A DNA stretch of 64,000 nt from Parcubacteria group bacterium (GTDB lineage: Bacteria; Patescibacteriota; Minisyncoccia; Moranbacterales; UBA2206). Each line of letters begins with the position of its first letter. Positions within the stretch are counted from its first letter, which is position 1. Made by a program: the position numbers and the translations under genes. The notes beneath the pieces are model-generated. The model searched no databases and was not told the DNA's origin. It was given only the letters and a program-made list of their open reading frames with translations. The stretch lies in NCBI GenBank assembly GCA_041674205.1, contig JBAYWF010000005.1:15865-79864 (forward strand). Reading direction: 5' to 3'. Positions 19,563 through 29,376 of this stretch are shown one piece after another.

Positions 19563-20570
19563 TCACATATCCCCCTTCAGGAGTTTGTTGAGCCGCGCTT
19601 TGACTTCTTCAGGCGTCGCTTCGCGCGTCGTATCCGCCGCGACCGCGTCCGCGATCATTTCTTCCAGCGGTTTAACCTCTTCCGTTCCAATCGTCGGCGA
19701 AACCGGCAGATCCGCTTCCCCGGAAATATTGAAAGTGAATTCTTCTTCCGAAACCGGCAGATTGCTCGGCGCGGCCGCTTTCTTTTCCGAAGTTATGAAA
19801 TCTTTTTTAGGTGACACCAAAGAGGCTTCTTTTTCCGTATCAAAATTAAAAATGTTTTTTACTTCCGCGGCCGGTTCTTTTTTCTCCGTCCTGGTTTCCG
19901 TAAAAGAGACCCTGGGCAACCCAACTATCGGTTCTTTTTTCGCTTCCTTTGATCCGCCGTCTGCCGACCCGGCAACCTGCTCGAAATCAACTTCGCTCAA
20001 AATCGTAAAAAGCACGACCGCTAAAAATCCGATTATAAAACCGGAGGCCAGACTGACCGCTATCCGCAGCCAGACATCCATTCCCGCCACTTCGCTGGAA
20101 ATCGGCCCATCGATGATGCGGATGTCCAAATCGGTTTTGACATTATAATAATTGCTCAGGACGACCAGCAGATCATTGGTGACCAGGCGGTTGAGCGATT
20201 CGGCCTCAGCTTGGTCCGCACCGAACGCGGATAATCCGATCAAGCCGCTTTTCCCGATTTGCGCCACTTCAATCCGGGAATTCCAAAATTCTTTCCTTTC
20301 GGCAGCTGGCAATCCCGATGCCGCGTCCGCAATGCTCGGATTTTTTTGTAAAAGTTTGTCATAGAAAGACAAAGCCAGCGGTATCTGTCTGGCATTGGCG
20401 ATGATCTGATCGATGTTGCGAGCGGTGATTCCGGTTTTCGGCAAAAACAAAATAGACGTTTCCGCCCGATAGGTTTTGCCCGCGTTCATTGCCACGACAA
20501 AAATAACCGCCGCCAGCGCGATGGAGATGCCCCAAAAAATCCTCTTCTTTAACATTTCTTTCAAATCCAT
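19563..20570 (-). CDS. polysaccharide chain-length determinant (Wzz/PCP-like) with acidic C-terminal tail
   Basis: Two TM helices (IFWGISIALAAVIFVVA and LRIAVSLASGFIIGFLAVVLFTIL) flank a ~170 aa periplasmic domain, followed by a ~140 aa Glu/Lys-rich tail. Track start is TTG; ATG is at 20570. Confidence 0.5.
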   Translation of the reverse strand: MDLKEMLKKRIFWGISIALAAVIFVVAMNAGKTYRAETSILFLPKTGITARNIDQIIANARQIPLALSFYDKLLQKNPSIADAASGLPAAERKEFWNSRIEVAQIGKSGLIGLSAFGADQAEAESLNRLVTNDLLVVLSNYYNVKTDLDIRIIDGPISSEVAGMDVWLRIAVSLASGFIIGFLAVVLFTILSEVDFEQVAGSADGGSKEAKKEPIVGLPRVSFTETRTEKKEPAAEVKNIFNFDTEKEASLVSPKKDFITSEKKAAAPSNLPVSEEEFTFNISGEADLPVSPTIGTEEVKPLEEMIADAVAADTTREATPEEVKARLNKLLKGDM

Positions 20571-20714
20571 TCTATGTGAAATAAAAAATAATAAGCCATT
20601 CGATTGACTTGGGAGTCTAGCAAATACCGGCTTTTTTGTCAAATGATGGGTCTGTAAAACCGGTTAATGTCCAGGTTTTTACCGTGCGTCGTTTCCAAAT
20701 CCAAGCCTCCCGCT

Positions 20715-20757
20715 AAAATTAAAAGGCGGTGTCCTCCAAAGATTGGAGAACACCGCT
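20715..20757 (-). terminator. rho-independent terminator of the Ala-rich protein gene
   Basis: On the minus strand: GCGGTGT-loop-ACACCGC hairpin followed by TTTTAATTTT. Confidence 0.5.
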
Positions 20758-20766
20758 TAGCCATCG

Positions 20767-21363
20767 TTATTTCTTAAAGAACACGATGGCCCCACACACA
20801 ATCGCCCCGACAAAGCTTGCGATTGCTAACCATAGAGCCCACAATGCGCGATAAGTCGCGCTTGAGGCTTTCTCTTCCACTGATTTAGCGGACAAGGCAG
20901 AGGCAGAGGCCGCTTTCTCAGCCACATCAGCTGATTTGGCCGAGGCCTCCGCGGATTTTCCTGCCAGGTCCGCGATGCTTCTTGCATCTTCCGCGGATTT
21001 GGCCGCTTCTTCAGCTGCAATCTTCGCGGCCGAAGCGGAAACTGCTGTGGTCGCGGCCGCAGCTTTAGCATCCTTGGCCGCGATTTCTGCCTTTGCCGCA
21101 TGTCCCTTTATAGACTGAAGGGCTAGCCGCTGACCCTTAGCGGCTTTATCCCAGGAGGCCTTCATATCTTCCCTGAGATTGCGGAGCTTAAACTCCAGCT
21201 CCGCCCCAGCCGCTGTGGCCGGGTCAGTCGTGGCCGACGAAACTTCCGCCGGAGGCGCCGAGGCGCCGACCTGAGTCTCCTCGGTAGCCGTGGCGCAGAA
21301 CGCCGACGATGCCACCAGCCCGAGAAGGGCGACCACCAGAACTACCATTATATTTTTTTTCAT
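20767..21363 (-). CDS. Ala/Lys-rich secreted coiled-coil-like protein with signal peptide and C-terminal TM anchor
   Basis: N-terminal signal MKKNIMVVLVVALLGLVASSAFC. Low-complexity AKxAExA repeats. C-terminal hydrophobic WALWLAIASFVGAIVCGAIVFF-KK. Confidence 0.55.
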   Translation of the reverse strand: MKKNIMVVLVVALLGLVASSAFCATATEETQVGASAPPAEVSSATTDPATAAGAELEFKLRNLREDMKASWDKAAKGQRLALQSIKGHAAKAEIAAKDAKAAAATTAVSASAAKIAAEEAAKSAEDARSIADLAGKSAEASAKSADVAEKAASASALSAKSVEEKASSATYRALWALWLAIASFVGAIVCGAIVFFKK

Positions 21364-21442
21364 TCTACTTCCTCCTCCGAAAAATTTGTTGAGGGGCGAG
21401 CTTCACCACGAAGCCCGCCCCGAATGATTGGTTTTGTCACCT

Positions 21443-22828
21443 CTATTTGAACCCTTTCGGGAACCGCTCGAGGTGCTTGGATTCGGCAAACGACATTGCT
21501 GCCCGCTCGCCGTCCAAAATGTTGATACAACCCGCCCAAAAATAGTACACCTGGGCGATTTCCTTATCGGCCTCGGCCTTGTGAGCCTTGATGTCGTGGC
21601 CTCTAAGGTAATTCCGTTCGGCGATTTCTGCATTCTCAATCGCGTCGCGGAGGTACTCACGGTTTCCCGTACAGACATACAAATCAATGTACGCCTCTAC
21701 GAGATCCCGACGAAGACCTAGATTATTAAAACAATAGAGTTTGCACTCTATCACTTTCCTCTTCAGGTCCTCGATTTTGATTATGATCGGTCTCGGGTCG
21801 CAAACTTCCGGCCCCGGCGGAATTTCTTCTACCACGACCGAACGTTGAATAACCAGCTGACCGACACACATATCAGCTCCCGGAGGAGCTTCAATGAGCC
21901 CGTCATTTAAGGCCAGTACGTACCAGTCAACAGCTTCGTCGACATACGCGCTGGTCGTACCAATGAGACCACCCAAAGACACCATGCCTCCAGTAGTCCC
22001 AGCGATACCTCCCGCAGCAGCGCCACTGCCAAGTGATGCGCCGCTATTTTTCGGGTCACGACGAATCTTGTAATACGCCGAGACTCGATGGGTACCAGTC
22101 TTCTCAACCAGCTCACTAAGACACCGCCCAAGAGCAGCATCCCATGGTTGACCGTAATCACCTTCGCAAATACGGTCATCCAGCAATTCGTCACCTTCGT
22201 GAATTATTGAACCGGCCGGCTGCCAGTTCAGGATATGAACCGGCTTGCCGTCATACGCCTTAAAATCCAGGGCATGCGGCACACCATTTGAATCTTCACG
22301 ACCCAAGCGGTGCCATAATCCACCTTTGCGATCCCCGAATTTACTGGGAACCGCTGAGGCTTTGATCCGGTCCGACGTGTATGTTTGCCATAGTGGCCGA
22401 CATACGAACGGCGTCCAGCCCGGCATCGCCGACTGCAGCGTGCCGCCAACGGCCATACTCTGCCCGCCGACAACACCTACGGCTCCGCCGTTACCCCCTC
22501 CGCCATTCACCACGACCGCCGGAGAACCGGGGTGTCCCCCGACAACTCCAGCCAATGCAACCGGCGCTACCACAACGCTCGGTGCATTGTAATTAACCTC
22601 CGCGCTTCCGCCAGTCGCTTGCTGCTCCTGGCGTTGCTGTTGTTGTTGATCCTGCCCCTGCTCCTGGGTGTTAACCCCTGAGACAGAGCTGTTGTTTTCG
22701 TTATGGAGGTCGAGGCCCACGGCATTGCCGTCGCCGTCGACACTTGCATCACCCGCCCAAGACATCTGGACGGACCCAACAACCATCATCGCCACGATGG
22801 CAATGGTTACTAAACTTGTTTTTTTCAT
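21443..22828 (-). CDS. secreted protein with Gln-rich and Gly-rich low-complexity N-region and Cys-containing C-terminal domain
   Basis: Signal peptide MKKTSLVTIAIVAMMVVGSVQMSWAG, a QGQDQQQQQRQEQQ tract and a GGGGNGGAVGVVGG tract. No family recognised. Confidence 0.5.
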   Translation of the reverse strand: MKKTSLVTIAIVAMMVVGSVQMSWAGDASVDGDGNAVGLDLHNENNSSVSGVNTQEQGQDQQQQQRQEQQATGGSAEVNYNAPSVVVAPVALAGVVGGHPGSPAVVVNGGGGNGGAVGVVGGQSMAVGGTLQSAMPGWTPFVCRPLWQTYTSDRIKASAVPSKFGDRKGGLWHRLGREDSNGVPHALDFKAYDGKPVHILNWQPAGSIIHEGDELLDDRICEGDYGQPWDAALGRCLSELVEKTGTHRVSAYYKIRRDPKNSGASLGSGAAAGGIAGTTGGMVSLGGLIGTTSAYVDEAVDWYVLALNDGLIEAPPGADMCVGQLVIQRSVVVEEIPPGPEVCDPRPIIIKIEDLKRKVIECKLYCFNNLGLRRDLVEAYIDLYVCTGNREYLRDAIENAEIAERNYLRGHDIKAHKAEADKEIAQVYYFWAGCINILDGERAAMSFAESKHLERFPKGFK

Positions 22829-23056
22829 AGCTTACCTCCTTTTGGTAGCTAAATTTTTTGATTATATATAATCCGAAACTGTGTATTCGGTTTTTAAGGA
22901 ATAAAAATCTATACTCTAACGGCTCTCGTCCCACTCAAACAGGACCAGCTCCGAGTCAAACATAGATATACTAAGAACCTCGTATTCTAGCAAAAAATAC
23001 GGCATTTGTCAACCCTTAATCAATTTATCCCAGATATAAGCCAAAAAAAGACCGGG

Positions 23057-23908
23057 CTATTTTACTAGCTCGGCTTTTATGATCAACCGTTGGAAGTTAG
23101 TTCCCAAGGGCCAGCAAGTCGAAAGGGTCAAAGTCCGGCCGGGCGTCGCAGAGAATATCCGCTCGTCATCCGGTGCGGCTGTGAATTTGTCGCCGACACT
23201 GAAGTGATAGGAAACGATCCGCCCGTTTTTCTGCATCGTCTTCACCGTGATAGCATCGCCTTTTTCCAAATTATTCAAATTTTTGAAGATATGGTTGTAA
23301 TCCCCTTTCGCCCAGATATAGTTGCTGGAGTGGCCGGAAATCACGGCATTGCCGATCTGTCCCGGAGATGCCGTCTGGTAGAAATGGCCCAATCCCCGTT
23401 CCAAATCAGCCAACATACTGTCCTCATCCGTGCTTTGCGACCAGACCATCGGAGCTTCGACTCCGATTTTGTCGATGCGTACAAAGACCGATGTCTTCAC
23501 GTCTCCCGGCGCGTCCGGATCATAACCGTTATTTATTTCCTGTTTGTCGGAAAAGCCGTCGCCGTCCGTATCAGCCAGATTAGGATTGGTCCCGTGGATA
23601 TATTCCAAATAGTTCGGCAACCCGTCGCCGTCCGGATCGGCATCATAGACATTGTCCGCCGCCAGATTGTTGATTTTCGCCCAATCCGGAAACCAAGCGA
23701 AAGCGATATCATTGGAACCGATCCGCTTTTTGAATTCCGCGTTAGCCTCGGCCTCCTTTATCGAAGCGGTTTCCGGCGATATTTCCCGGACCGGATCGAT
23801 ATTCATATTGACCAAGAAAAAAGCGATGGAAAACACGACCAAAGAAAGGCTGCCCAGCAAGGCAACCCTCTTCGCGTACTGTTTGATTTTACTGAAAAAT
23901 TCGCTCAT
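23057..23908 (-). CDS. sortase (cysteine transpeptidase) with Asp-rich Ca-binding-type motifs in the linker
   Basis: N-terminal TM helix. Catalytic His in NAVISGHSS, TLxTC in RTLTLSTCWPLG and a downstream Arg (QRLIIKAELVK). The linker carries DADPDGDGLPNYLE and DTDGDGFSDKQE thrombospondin-type-3-like motifs. Confidence 0.8.
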   Translation of the reverse strand: MSEFFSKIKQYAKRVALLGSLSLVVFSIAFFLVNMNIDPVREISPETASIKEAEANAEFKKRIGSNDIAFAWFPDWAKINNLAADNVYDADPDGDGLPNYLEYIHGTNPNLADTDGDGFSDKQEINNGYDPDAPGDVKTSVFVRIDKIGVEAPMVWSQSTDEDSMLADLERGLGHFYQTASPGQIGNAVISGHSSNYIWAKGDYNHIFKNLNNLEKGDAITVKTMQKNGRIVSYHFSVGDKFTAAPDDERIFSATPGRTLTLSTCWPLGTNFQRLIIKAELVK

Positions 23909-23941
23909 TTTATTCGAAAAATCGTAAGACTGATAGATGGT

Positions 23942-24412
23942 TTATTTGGTTGAATATTTCCTGATGCCAACGGATGCCAGCGCGATTGCCGCAAGGGCAA
24001 GTCCGGCCAAAACCAAACCATTGCTTCCGGTAGCCGGCAATCTTTTGACTGAAGCGTATTTTTTGCCAGACTTGTCATGATCCGATTTTTTATTATGGCT
24101 ATGGTTTTTGTCATCGTCATCGACTTCGATATTAACATCCGTTTCCGAGCTTTGGCTGATTGAAGCCGCACTTGCCTGGGATTGGCCCTGTGACTGGCCT
24201 TGTGACTGGCCCTGGGACTGGGAACCGGAGTTTTGTTTTTGGCTCTGCGATTGGTCCTGAGACTGGCCTTGTGACTGGCTGTTACTACTGGTAACAGTCA
24301 CATTGTTGTCATTGTCGATGTCGACATCGACATCCGCCAGCGCGGAACTTGCGAAAAAACCCGCTGCCAAAACGAGTGCCGCCAGTGCGAAAACTAGGTG
24401 TTTTTTACTCAT
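23942..24412 (-). CDS. LPXTG-type cell-wall-anchored surface protein (SQ/GQ repeat, acidic)
   Basis: Signal peptide, SQGQSQ repeats, and C-terminal sorting signal KRLPATGSNGLVLAGLALAAIALASVGIRKYSTK (LPATG + hydrophobic + basic tail). Lies 33 nt upstream of the sortase. Confidence 0.8.
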   Translation of the reverse strand: MSKKHLVFALAALVLAAGFFASSALADVDVDIDNDNNVTVTSSNSQSQGQSQDQSQSQKQNSGSQSQGQSQGQSQGQSQASAASISQSSETDVNIEVDDDDKNHSHNKKSDHDKSGKKYASVKRLPATGSNGLVLAGLALAAIALASVGIRKYSTK

Positions 24413-24665
24413 ATAAGTTTATGGGCTCCGTTAAATTTCCGAGGTCCGGAATCTATTTAACCAAGCGAAAAAAAATAATTAATTGGCTACGAAACAACCA
24501 TAACACCGCATCCTAGCACGGAAACTGTTTTTTGTCAATATCTTCGGCACTGAACCACATTACAGACAACCCAGCCGCTTTCCGGCATCCGATTGGCTTA
24601 GATTAAAAAAACATACAAAAAATAAGCTTCTTCGTATGTTTTTTTGTCTTTTTGTTTCAATCCTA

Positions 24666-25832
24666 TTACAGTTGTACCAGCAGTTTAATTTCTTGCCCGT
24701 CACGCAAAACCGTCAGTTCAACCTTATCACCTTTTTTGAAAGAGTACAATAAATCGGATAAAGAATGCTCCACCAAAACCTCATTGCCATTTACCGCCCG
24801 GATAATGTCGCCCAATTTTAAGCCGGCCTTTTGTGCCGGGGAATTCGCGATGACCGCCAAGCCCAGCTGGCCGGAAGCGGAATACACCAGGGCGCCTGAT
24901 TCGATACTGAGATTATTCTCAATCGCATAGGTTTTGGAAATCGGCAGATAATAGATGCCCAGAAAAATATTGTTGTCCAATTCTTTTTTCACCGCCCGGT
25001 CGATTACGGCCCGCGCCTTATTGGATGGAATCAGGAAAAAACTTTGCGCATTATCCTTCTCGATAACCCCGACGACGCCCACGACTTGCCCGTTATAATC
25101 GACTGCCGGACCGCCGATGAAATATTTTTGATAATTGAAATCGGTTTCATACACTCCTTCCAGCTTTTCCGAAGATGACAGGGCCAACCCAGCCAGGTTA
25201 TAGGCGGGATTGAAATCGCTGATGAGTCCCGCGGCATATTTATTGGCATAGGAGCCGAAACTGTTGGACACCGCGATAACTTTCTCGCCCGGCTTGACGC
25301 TGCTGGAATCGCCGAAGGACGCGACAGAAAGGTTATTGGCGTTGATTTTCAAAAAAGCCAGATTGCTATAGCTGTCGACTCCGAGCAAGGCCGCGTCATA
25401 CGCGTTGCCGTCATAAGTCATAACTTTGTATTTGGCCCCCGACTGGAGATTGATGCCGGAAGCGTAGGTCATAATCATCCCATCGCCCGTCACGATGATT
25501 CCCGTGCCGTTTTTTGCCCCGACCTTCGCGATAGCTGTCTTTTTGAGCGACTGGCTCACCGCGTCTTCCTGATAGGAAACGATATTCACGATCGAGGACG
25601 AAACCTGGTTGGTGATTTTGCTGATAGAGGTTTCTTCTTTCACCGTTACCTGCTCGGTCTTATTTATGACCGTGATGGTTTCCGAACCTTTCCGCAAAAA
25701 AGCGTACTTAGAAAAAGTCTTCGTAGCACTGAGATACGGGAAAAGGTAACGGTCGGCGATGATTCCGCCCAAGCCGCCGAATACCAGCAGCAACGCCAGC
25801 AAAGCCAATCTTTTGATGATTTTTTTCTTCAT
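24666..25832 (-). CDS. HtrA/DegP-family trypsin-like domain + PDZ, catalytic triad lost (pseudoprotease)
   Basis: Aligns with the active HtrA at 29377-30684, but His to Ala (GMIMTYASGI vs [10 protein letters not shown]), Asp to Asn (NLAFLKI vs DIAVIKI) and Ser to Ile (YFIGGPAV vs GNSGGPLL). PDZ-like C-terminus retained. Confidence 0.7.
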   Translation of the reverse strand: MKKKIIKRLALLALLLVFGGLGGIIADRYLFPYLSATKTFSKYAFLRKGSETITVINKTEQVTVKEETSISKITNQVSSSIVNIVSYQEDAVSQSLKKTAIAKVGAKNGTGIIVTGDGMIMTYASGINLQSGAKYKVMTYDGNAYDAALLGVDSYSNLAFLKINANNLSVASFGDSSSVKPGEKVIAVSNSFGSYANKYAAGLISDFNPAYNLAGLALSSSEKLEGVYETDFNYQKYFIGGPAVDYNGQVVGVVGVIEKDNAQSFFLIPSNKARAVIDRAVKKELDNNIFLGIYYLPISKTYAIENNLSIESGALVYSASGQLGLAVIANSPAQKAGLKLGDIIRAVNGNEVLVEHSLSDLLYSFKKGDKVELTVLRDGQEIKLLVQL

Positions 25833-25958
25833 AATCTACGAAATTTTAAATTTTAAATTTGAAATTTTAAATCGATTTTTAATTTCCAAATGTCCTAATT
25901 ATTTAAAATTTTAACATTTGGATTCCATTTCAAATTTCAAATTTAGCCTTTAAAATTC
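25833..25958. repeat. AT-rich AAATTT/TAAAATT intergenic tandem-like repeat
   Basis: aaattttaaattttaaatttgaaattttaaatcgatttttaatttcc... The same motif recurs in other intergenic gaps. Confidence 0.6.
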
Positions 25959-26699
25959 CTATATGATCGGCAACCACTTGGCGCTCAATAGGACTAAAAT
26001 TACCATGGTCGAAAAAAAGACCATATTGGCCACGACCCGTTTTTTATCCAATAAATCAAGGAAATAGCTCTGAGCCAAGTCCCAAAGGACATAGTACAGT
26101 ATAAGGGCAATGACTCCGGTAGTCAAATAGCCGAAAGGCCAGAAATTCATCGTCCAAACGATTTCCGTCATAATCAGCGCCAATAGGAAACTGTACGCCC
26201 AAACGATTTTCCGCCCGTCACTCTTGATAATCAGGAAATATTGGTAGCTGACCAGCAATGTCACCACCAAGTACACGAGCATCAGATAATATAGCGGGAC
26301 CAGGAAGTTAAGATACAAGCCGTACGCCCCGGCATAGGTGAAAAAAATCGTCGCCGCCATCGCCGCCATATTCATCCCTTTAGCCGTCTTATCCCCGGCA
26401 TAAATTCCCAGGCGGTAGGCGCCGAACATAGAAAGATAATACATTCCCGAGGACAGCAAGATGAAAATCTGCTGTTCAAAATCAAGCGTTATCAGATAGA
26501 GCAGCGCCGCGGAAGAGAGGGTAAAAAAAACCGGCAAAACCGAAAAGAACCATTTGCCACCGACTTTCCGGCCGCCATAAGCGGAAACCATCAGCAAAAA
26601 GAACATTATCAACATAACTGAATCCGGCTTGAACAAAATCATTTCCAAACCGAAAAGAAAGAAAAGGCTCTGTAAAAGTGGTTGGAATTTTAGAAACAT
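25959..26699 (-). CDS. polytopic membrane protein, hypothetical
   Basis: 246 aa, at least 7 hydrophobic helices, 48 nt downstream of clpB on the same strand. Confidence 0.45.
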   Translation of the reverse strand: MFLKFQPLLQSLFFLFGLEMILFKPDSVMLIMFFLLMVSAYGGRKVGGKWFFSVLPVFFTLSSAALLYLITLDFEQQIFILLSSGMYYLSMFGAYRLGIYAGDKTAKGMNMAAMAATIFFTYAGAYGLYLNFLVPLYYLMLVYLVVTLLVSYQYFLIIKSDGRKIVWAYSFLLALIMTEIVWTMNFWPFGYLTTGVIALILYYVLWDLAQSYFLDLLDKKRVVANMVFFSTMVILVLLSAKWLPII

Positions 26700-26747
26700 C
26701 CGAGAGAAAATAGATTACCCCTTATCCGCTCCATCATACCATCATTC

Positions 26748-29360
26748 CTATCCGAAAACAACTTTGCCATTTCTGACGTCCGCCTTGACGCTATCACCTT
26801 CCTTGATACTGCCCTCGACGATGCGCAAAGCCAATTCATCCAAGATATCATTCTGGATGACCCGTTTCAAAGGGCGGGCGCCAAAGGACGGATCATACCC
26901 CTTCTTGCTCAGATAATCTTTGGCCTTAGCGGTGAACGCCAGCCTGATATCTTTTTCCCTCAAACGTTTTTGGACAAGCGCCAACTGCAAATCCACGATT
27001 TTCCTCAACATCGCGCGGTTGATCGGATGGAAGATTATGATTTCATCCAGCCGGTTCAAAAATTCCGGTTTGAAGCTTTCACGTAAGGCGGACAAGACCC
27101 GCTGGCGCATATCGTGCTCCGTCACGGACGCTTCATCTTTTTCTTCCTTGAATCCCAGACCGCTCTTGTAAATGATGTCCGAACCGATATTGGAAGTCAT
27201 GATAATAACCACGTTCTTGAAATTGATCCTCCTGCCGCGCGCATCGGTCAGATGGCCGTCATCCATAATTTGCAGAAGGATGTTAAAAACTTGCGGGTGC
27301 GCTTTTTCTATCTCATCAAACAAGATGACGCTGTACGGTTTCCGCCGGACGATTTCCGTCAATTGGCCGCCTTCCTCATAGCCCACATAGCCTGGAGGTG
27401 AACCGATGATTTTGGCGACCGAATGCGCTTCCATATATTCGCTCATATCTACCCGGACCATCGCCTGCTCCGAATCAAACAGGGCCGCCGCCAAAGATTT
27501 CGCCAATTCGGTCTTGCCGACTCCGGTCGGACCGAGGAATATGAATGAACCGATCGGCCGATGCGGTTCGGAAATCCCCGCACGCGACCGGCGGATCGCA
27601 TTGGCGACCGCTTTGATCGCCTCGTGCTGGCCGATGACCCTCTTCTGCAACTCTTGTTCCAATTGTGACAATTTTTGCATCTCACTTTCCAGCATCCGCG
27701 CCACCGGGATGCCGGTCCAGCGCGCCACGACTTTGGCCACGTCTTCTTCGGTTACCTCCTCTTTCAAAATAGGATTTCTGCTCTGGATCCCGTCCAGCTT
27801 GTTTTTTTCTTCCCGGATTTTCTTTTCCAATTCCGGAATCTTGCCGTAATTGATTTCCGCCACCATTTCCAAATCCAATTCACGCTCAGCAATGGAGGCC
27901 TCGCCCCGCAGCCTTTCGATTTCGGCGGAATGCTGGCGGATATTGGTAATGAGATCTTTTTCGGTTTTCCATTGCAAAGACAGCCGGTTGAATTCTTCTT
28001 TGCTTTCCGCCAATTTTTTATTCAATTCCCGGATCCTTTTTTTAGCGTTCGCCTCTTTTTCTTTTTCCAAAGCTTTTTTTTCGATTTCCATCCGGCGGAT
28101 GGCGCGCTCCATACTGTCGATTTCCACCGGCATCGAATCGATTTCCATCCGCAAAGCGCTGGTAGCTTCATCAATCAAATCGACAGCCTTGTCCGGCAAA
28201 AACCGGTCGGTAATATAACGGTCGGAAAGTTTGACCGCTTCTTGGATCGCACTGTCGGTTATTTTGACGCCGTGATGTACTTCATATTTTTCTTTGAGTC
28301 CGCGCAAAATCGCCACGGAATCTTCCAGCGACGGTTGCGCGACGATTATCGGCTGCAACCTTCTTTCCAACGCCGCATCCTTCTCGATATATTTCTGATA
28401 CTCCCTGGTTGTCGTAGCGCCGATCATCTTAATCTTGCCACGCGCCAAAGCCGGTTTAAGCATATTCGAAGCATCCAGCGCCCCTTCCGTCGCGCCGGCT
28501 CCCACCAAAGTGTGCAACTCATCGATAAACAACAAATACCGCCCATCCCCGCGGCTGATTTCATTTATGATGGCTTTGAGCCTCTCCTCAAACTCACCGC
28601 GGAATTTCGTGCCGGCCAGCAATGACCCCAGATCCAGCGAGATTAATTTTTTATTTTTCAGCGTTTCCGGCACATCCCCATCCGCTATCCTTTGCGCCAA
28701 TCCTTCCACAATCGCCGTTTTTCCAGTACCTGCCTCGCCGATCAAGACCGGATTGTTTTTTGTCCGCCGCGTCAAAACCTGCATCACCCTCCGGATTTCC
28801 GAATCCCGCCCGATAACCGGATCAAGTTTCTTATTGCGCGCCAAATCAGTGATATCGATGGCATACTTTTCCAACACTTGAAACTTGCTTTCCGGTTCGA
28901 CTGAATCGATTTTTTGTCCGCCGCGCACATCCGCTATTATTTTCAAGACATTGTCATAATCCAGGCCGGCAGCGGATAAGAAGTTTTTAACTCTCGTTTT
29001 TTCCTTCAACAAACCAAGGAAAAGATGTTCCGTCGACACGAATCCGTCGCCCATCCGCGCCGACTCCTGTTCGGCGCTGTTCAGGACAGCCACTACTTCG
29101 GGAGTTATGAATATCTGCCCTATGCTGTCATAGCTGGAAGTTTTCGGGAATTTATCAATTTCCACCATCGCTTTATTTTTCAAAGCCTGGATATCGATTT
29201 CCATTTTTTTCACGATCACGGGTACGATGGAATTATCTTGCGCCAGTAACGAATGCAACAGATGGAAAACATCCACCTGCTGCTGGCCTTTGACAATCGC
29301 AAGTTCTTGTGAATTTCGTAATGCTTCCTGGCTTTTAATCGTAAGCCTGTCTATATTCAT
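26748..29360 (-). CDS. clpB: ATP-dependent chaperone ClpB
   Basis: 870 aa. Two AAA+ modules ([15 protein letters not shown] and [15 protein letters not shown]), Clp N-domain, and a long coiled-coil middle domain. Confidence 0.95.
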   Translation of the reverse strand: MNIDRLTIKSQEALRNSQELAIVKGQQQVDVFHLLHSLLAQDNSIVPVIVKKMEIDIQALKNKAMVEIDKFPKTSSYDSIGQIFITPEVVAVLNSAEQESARMGDGFVSTEHLFLGLLKEKTRVKNFLSAAGLDYDNVLKIIADVRGGQKIDSVEPESKFQVLEKYAIDITDLARNKKLDPVIGRDSEIRRVMQVLTRRTKNNPVLIGEAGTGKTAIVEGLAQRIADGDVPETLKNKKLISLDLGSLLAGTKFRGEFEERLKAIINEISRGDGRYLLFIDELHTLVGAGATEGALDASNMLKPALARGKIKMIGATTTREYQKYIEKDAALERRLQPIIVAQPSLEDSVAILRGLKEKYEVHHGVKITDSAIQEAVKLSDRYITDRFLPDKAVDLIDEATSALRMEIDSMPVEIDSMERAIRRMEIEKKALEKEKEANAKKRIRELNKKLAESKEEFNRLSLQWKTEKDLITNIRQHSAEIERLRGEASIAERELDLEMVAEINYGKIPELEKKIREEKNKLDGIQSRNPILKEEVTEEDVAKVVARWTGIPVARMLESEMQKLSQLEQELQKRVIGQHEAIKAVANAIRRSRAGISEPHRPIGSFIFLGPTGVGKTELAKSLAAALFDSEQAMVRVDMSEYMEAHSVAKIIGSPPGYVGYEEGGQLTEIVRRKPYSVILFDEIEKAHPQVFNILLQIMDDGHLTDARGRRINFKNVVIIMTSNIGSDIIYKSGLGFKEEKDEASVTEHDMRQRVLSALRESFKPEFLNRLDEIIIFHPINRAMLRKIVDLQLALVQKRLREKDIRLAFTAKAKDYLSKKGYDPSFGARPLKRVIQNDILDELALRIVEGSIKEGDSVKADVRNGKVVFG

Positions 29361-29376
29361 AAACTTATCCCCGCCT

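Noticed and set aside
20767-22828. Higher-GC block as a horizontally acquired island
   Set aside because: The GC excess tracks the Ala/Gly/Gln-rich low-complexity coding (GCN/GGN codons). No integrase, tRNA target or flanking direct repeats were seen.
24430-24470. SRP-RNA-like GAGGTCCGGAA string upstream of the LPATG gene
   Set aside because: It is not followed by the conserved GGAAGCAGC helix-8 partner. It is a chance match in a promoter region.
25833-25958. Possible CRISPR array in the AT-rich repeated intergenic DNA
   Set aside because: Units are short, degenerate and of variable length, with no unique spacers or conserved 25-40-nt repeat. This is simple-sequence promoter DNA, not CRISPR.
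27675-28625. Long antisense ORFs in the track (e.g. 27675-28625, 33406-34194, 35659-36492, 23090-23953, 1885-2427, 3120-3560)
   Set aside because: They overlap strongly supported genes on the opposite strand (clpB, exonuclease, RibD_C, sortase, epimerase, DUF4012-like). They have no start context or homology and are shadow ORFs.
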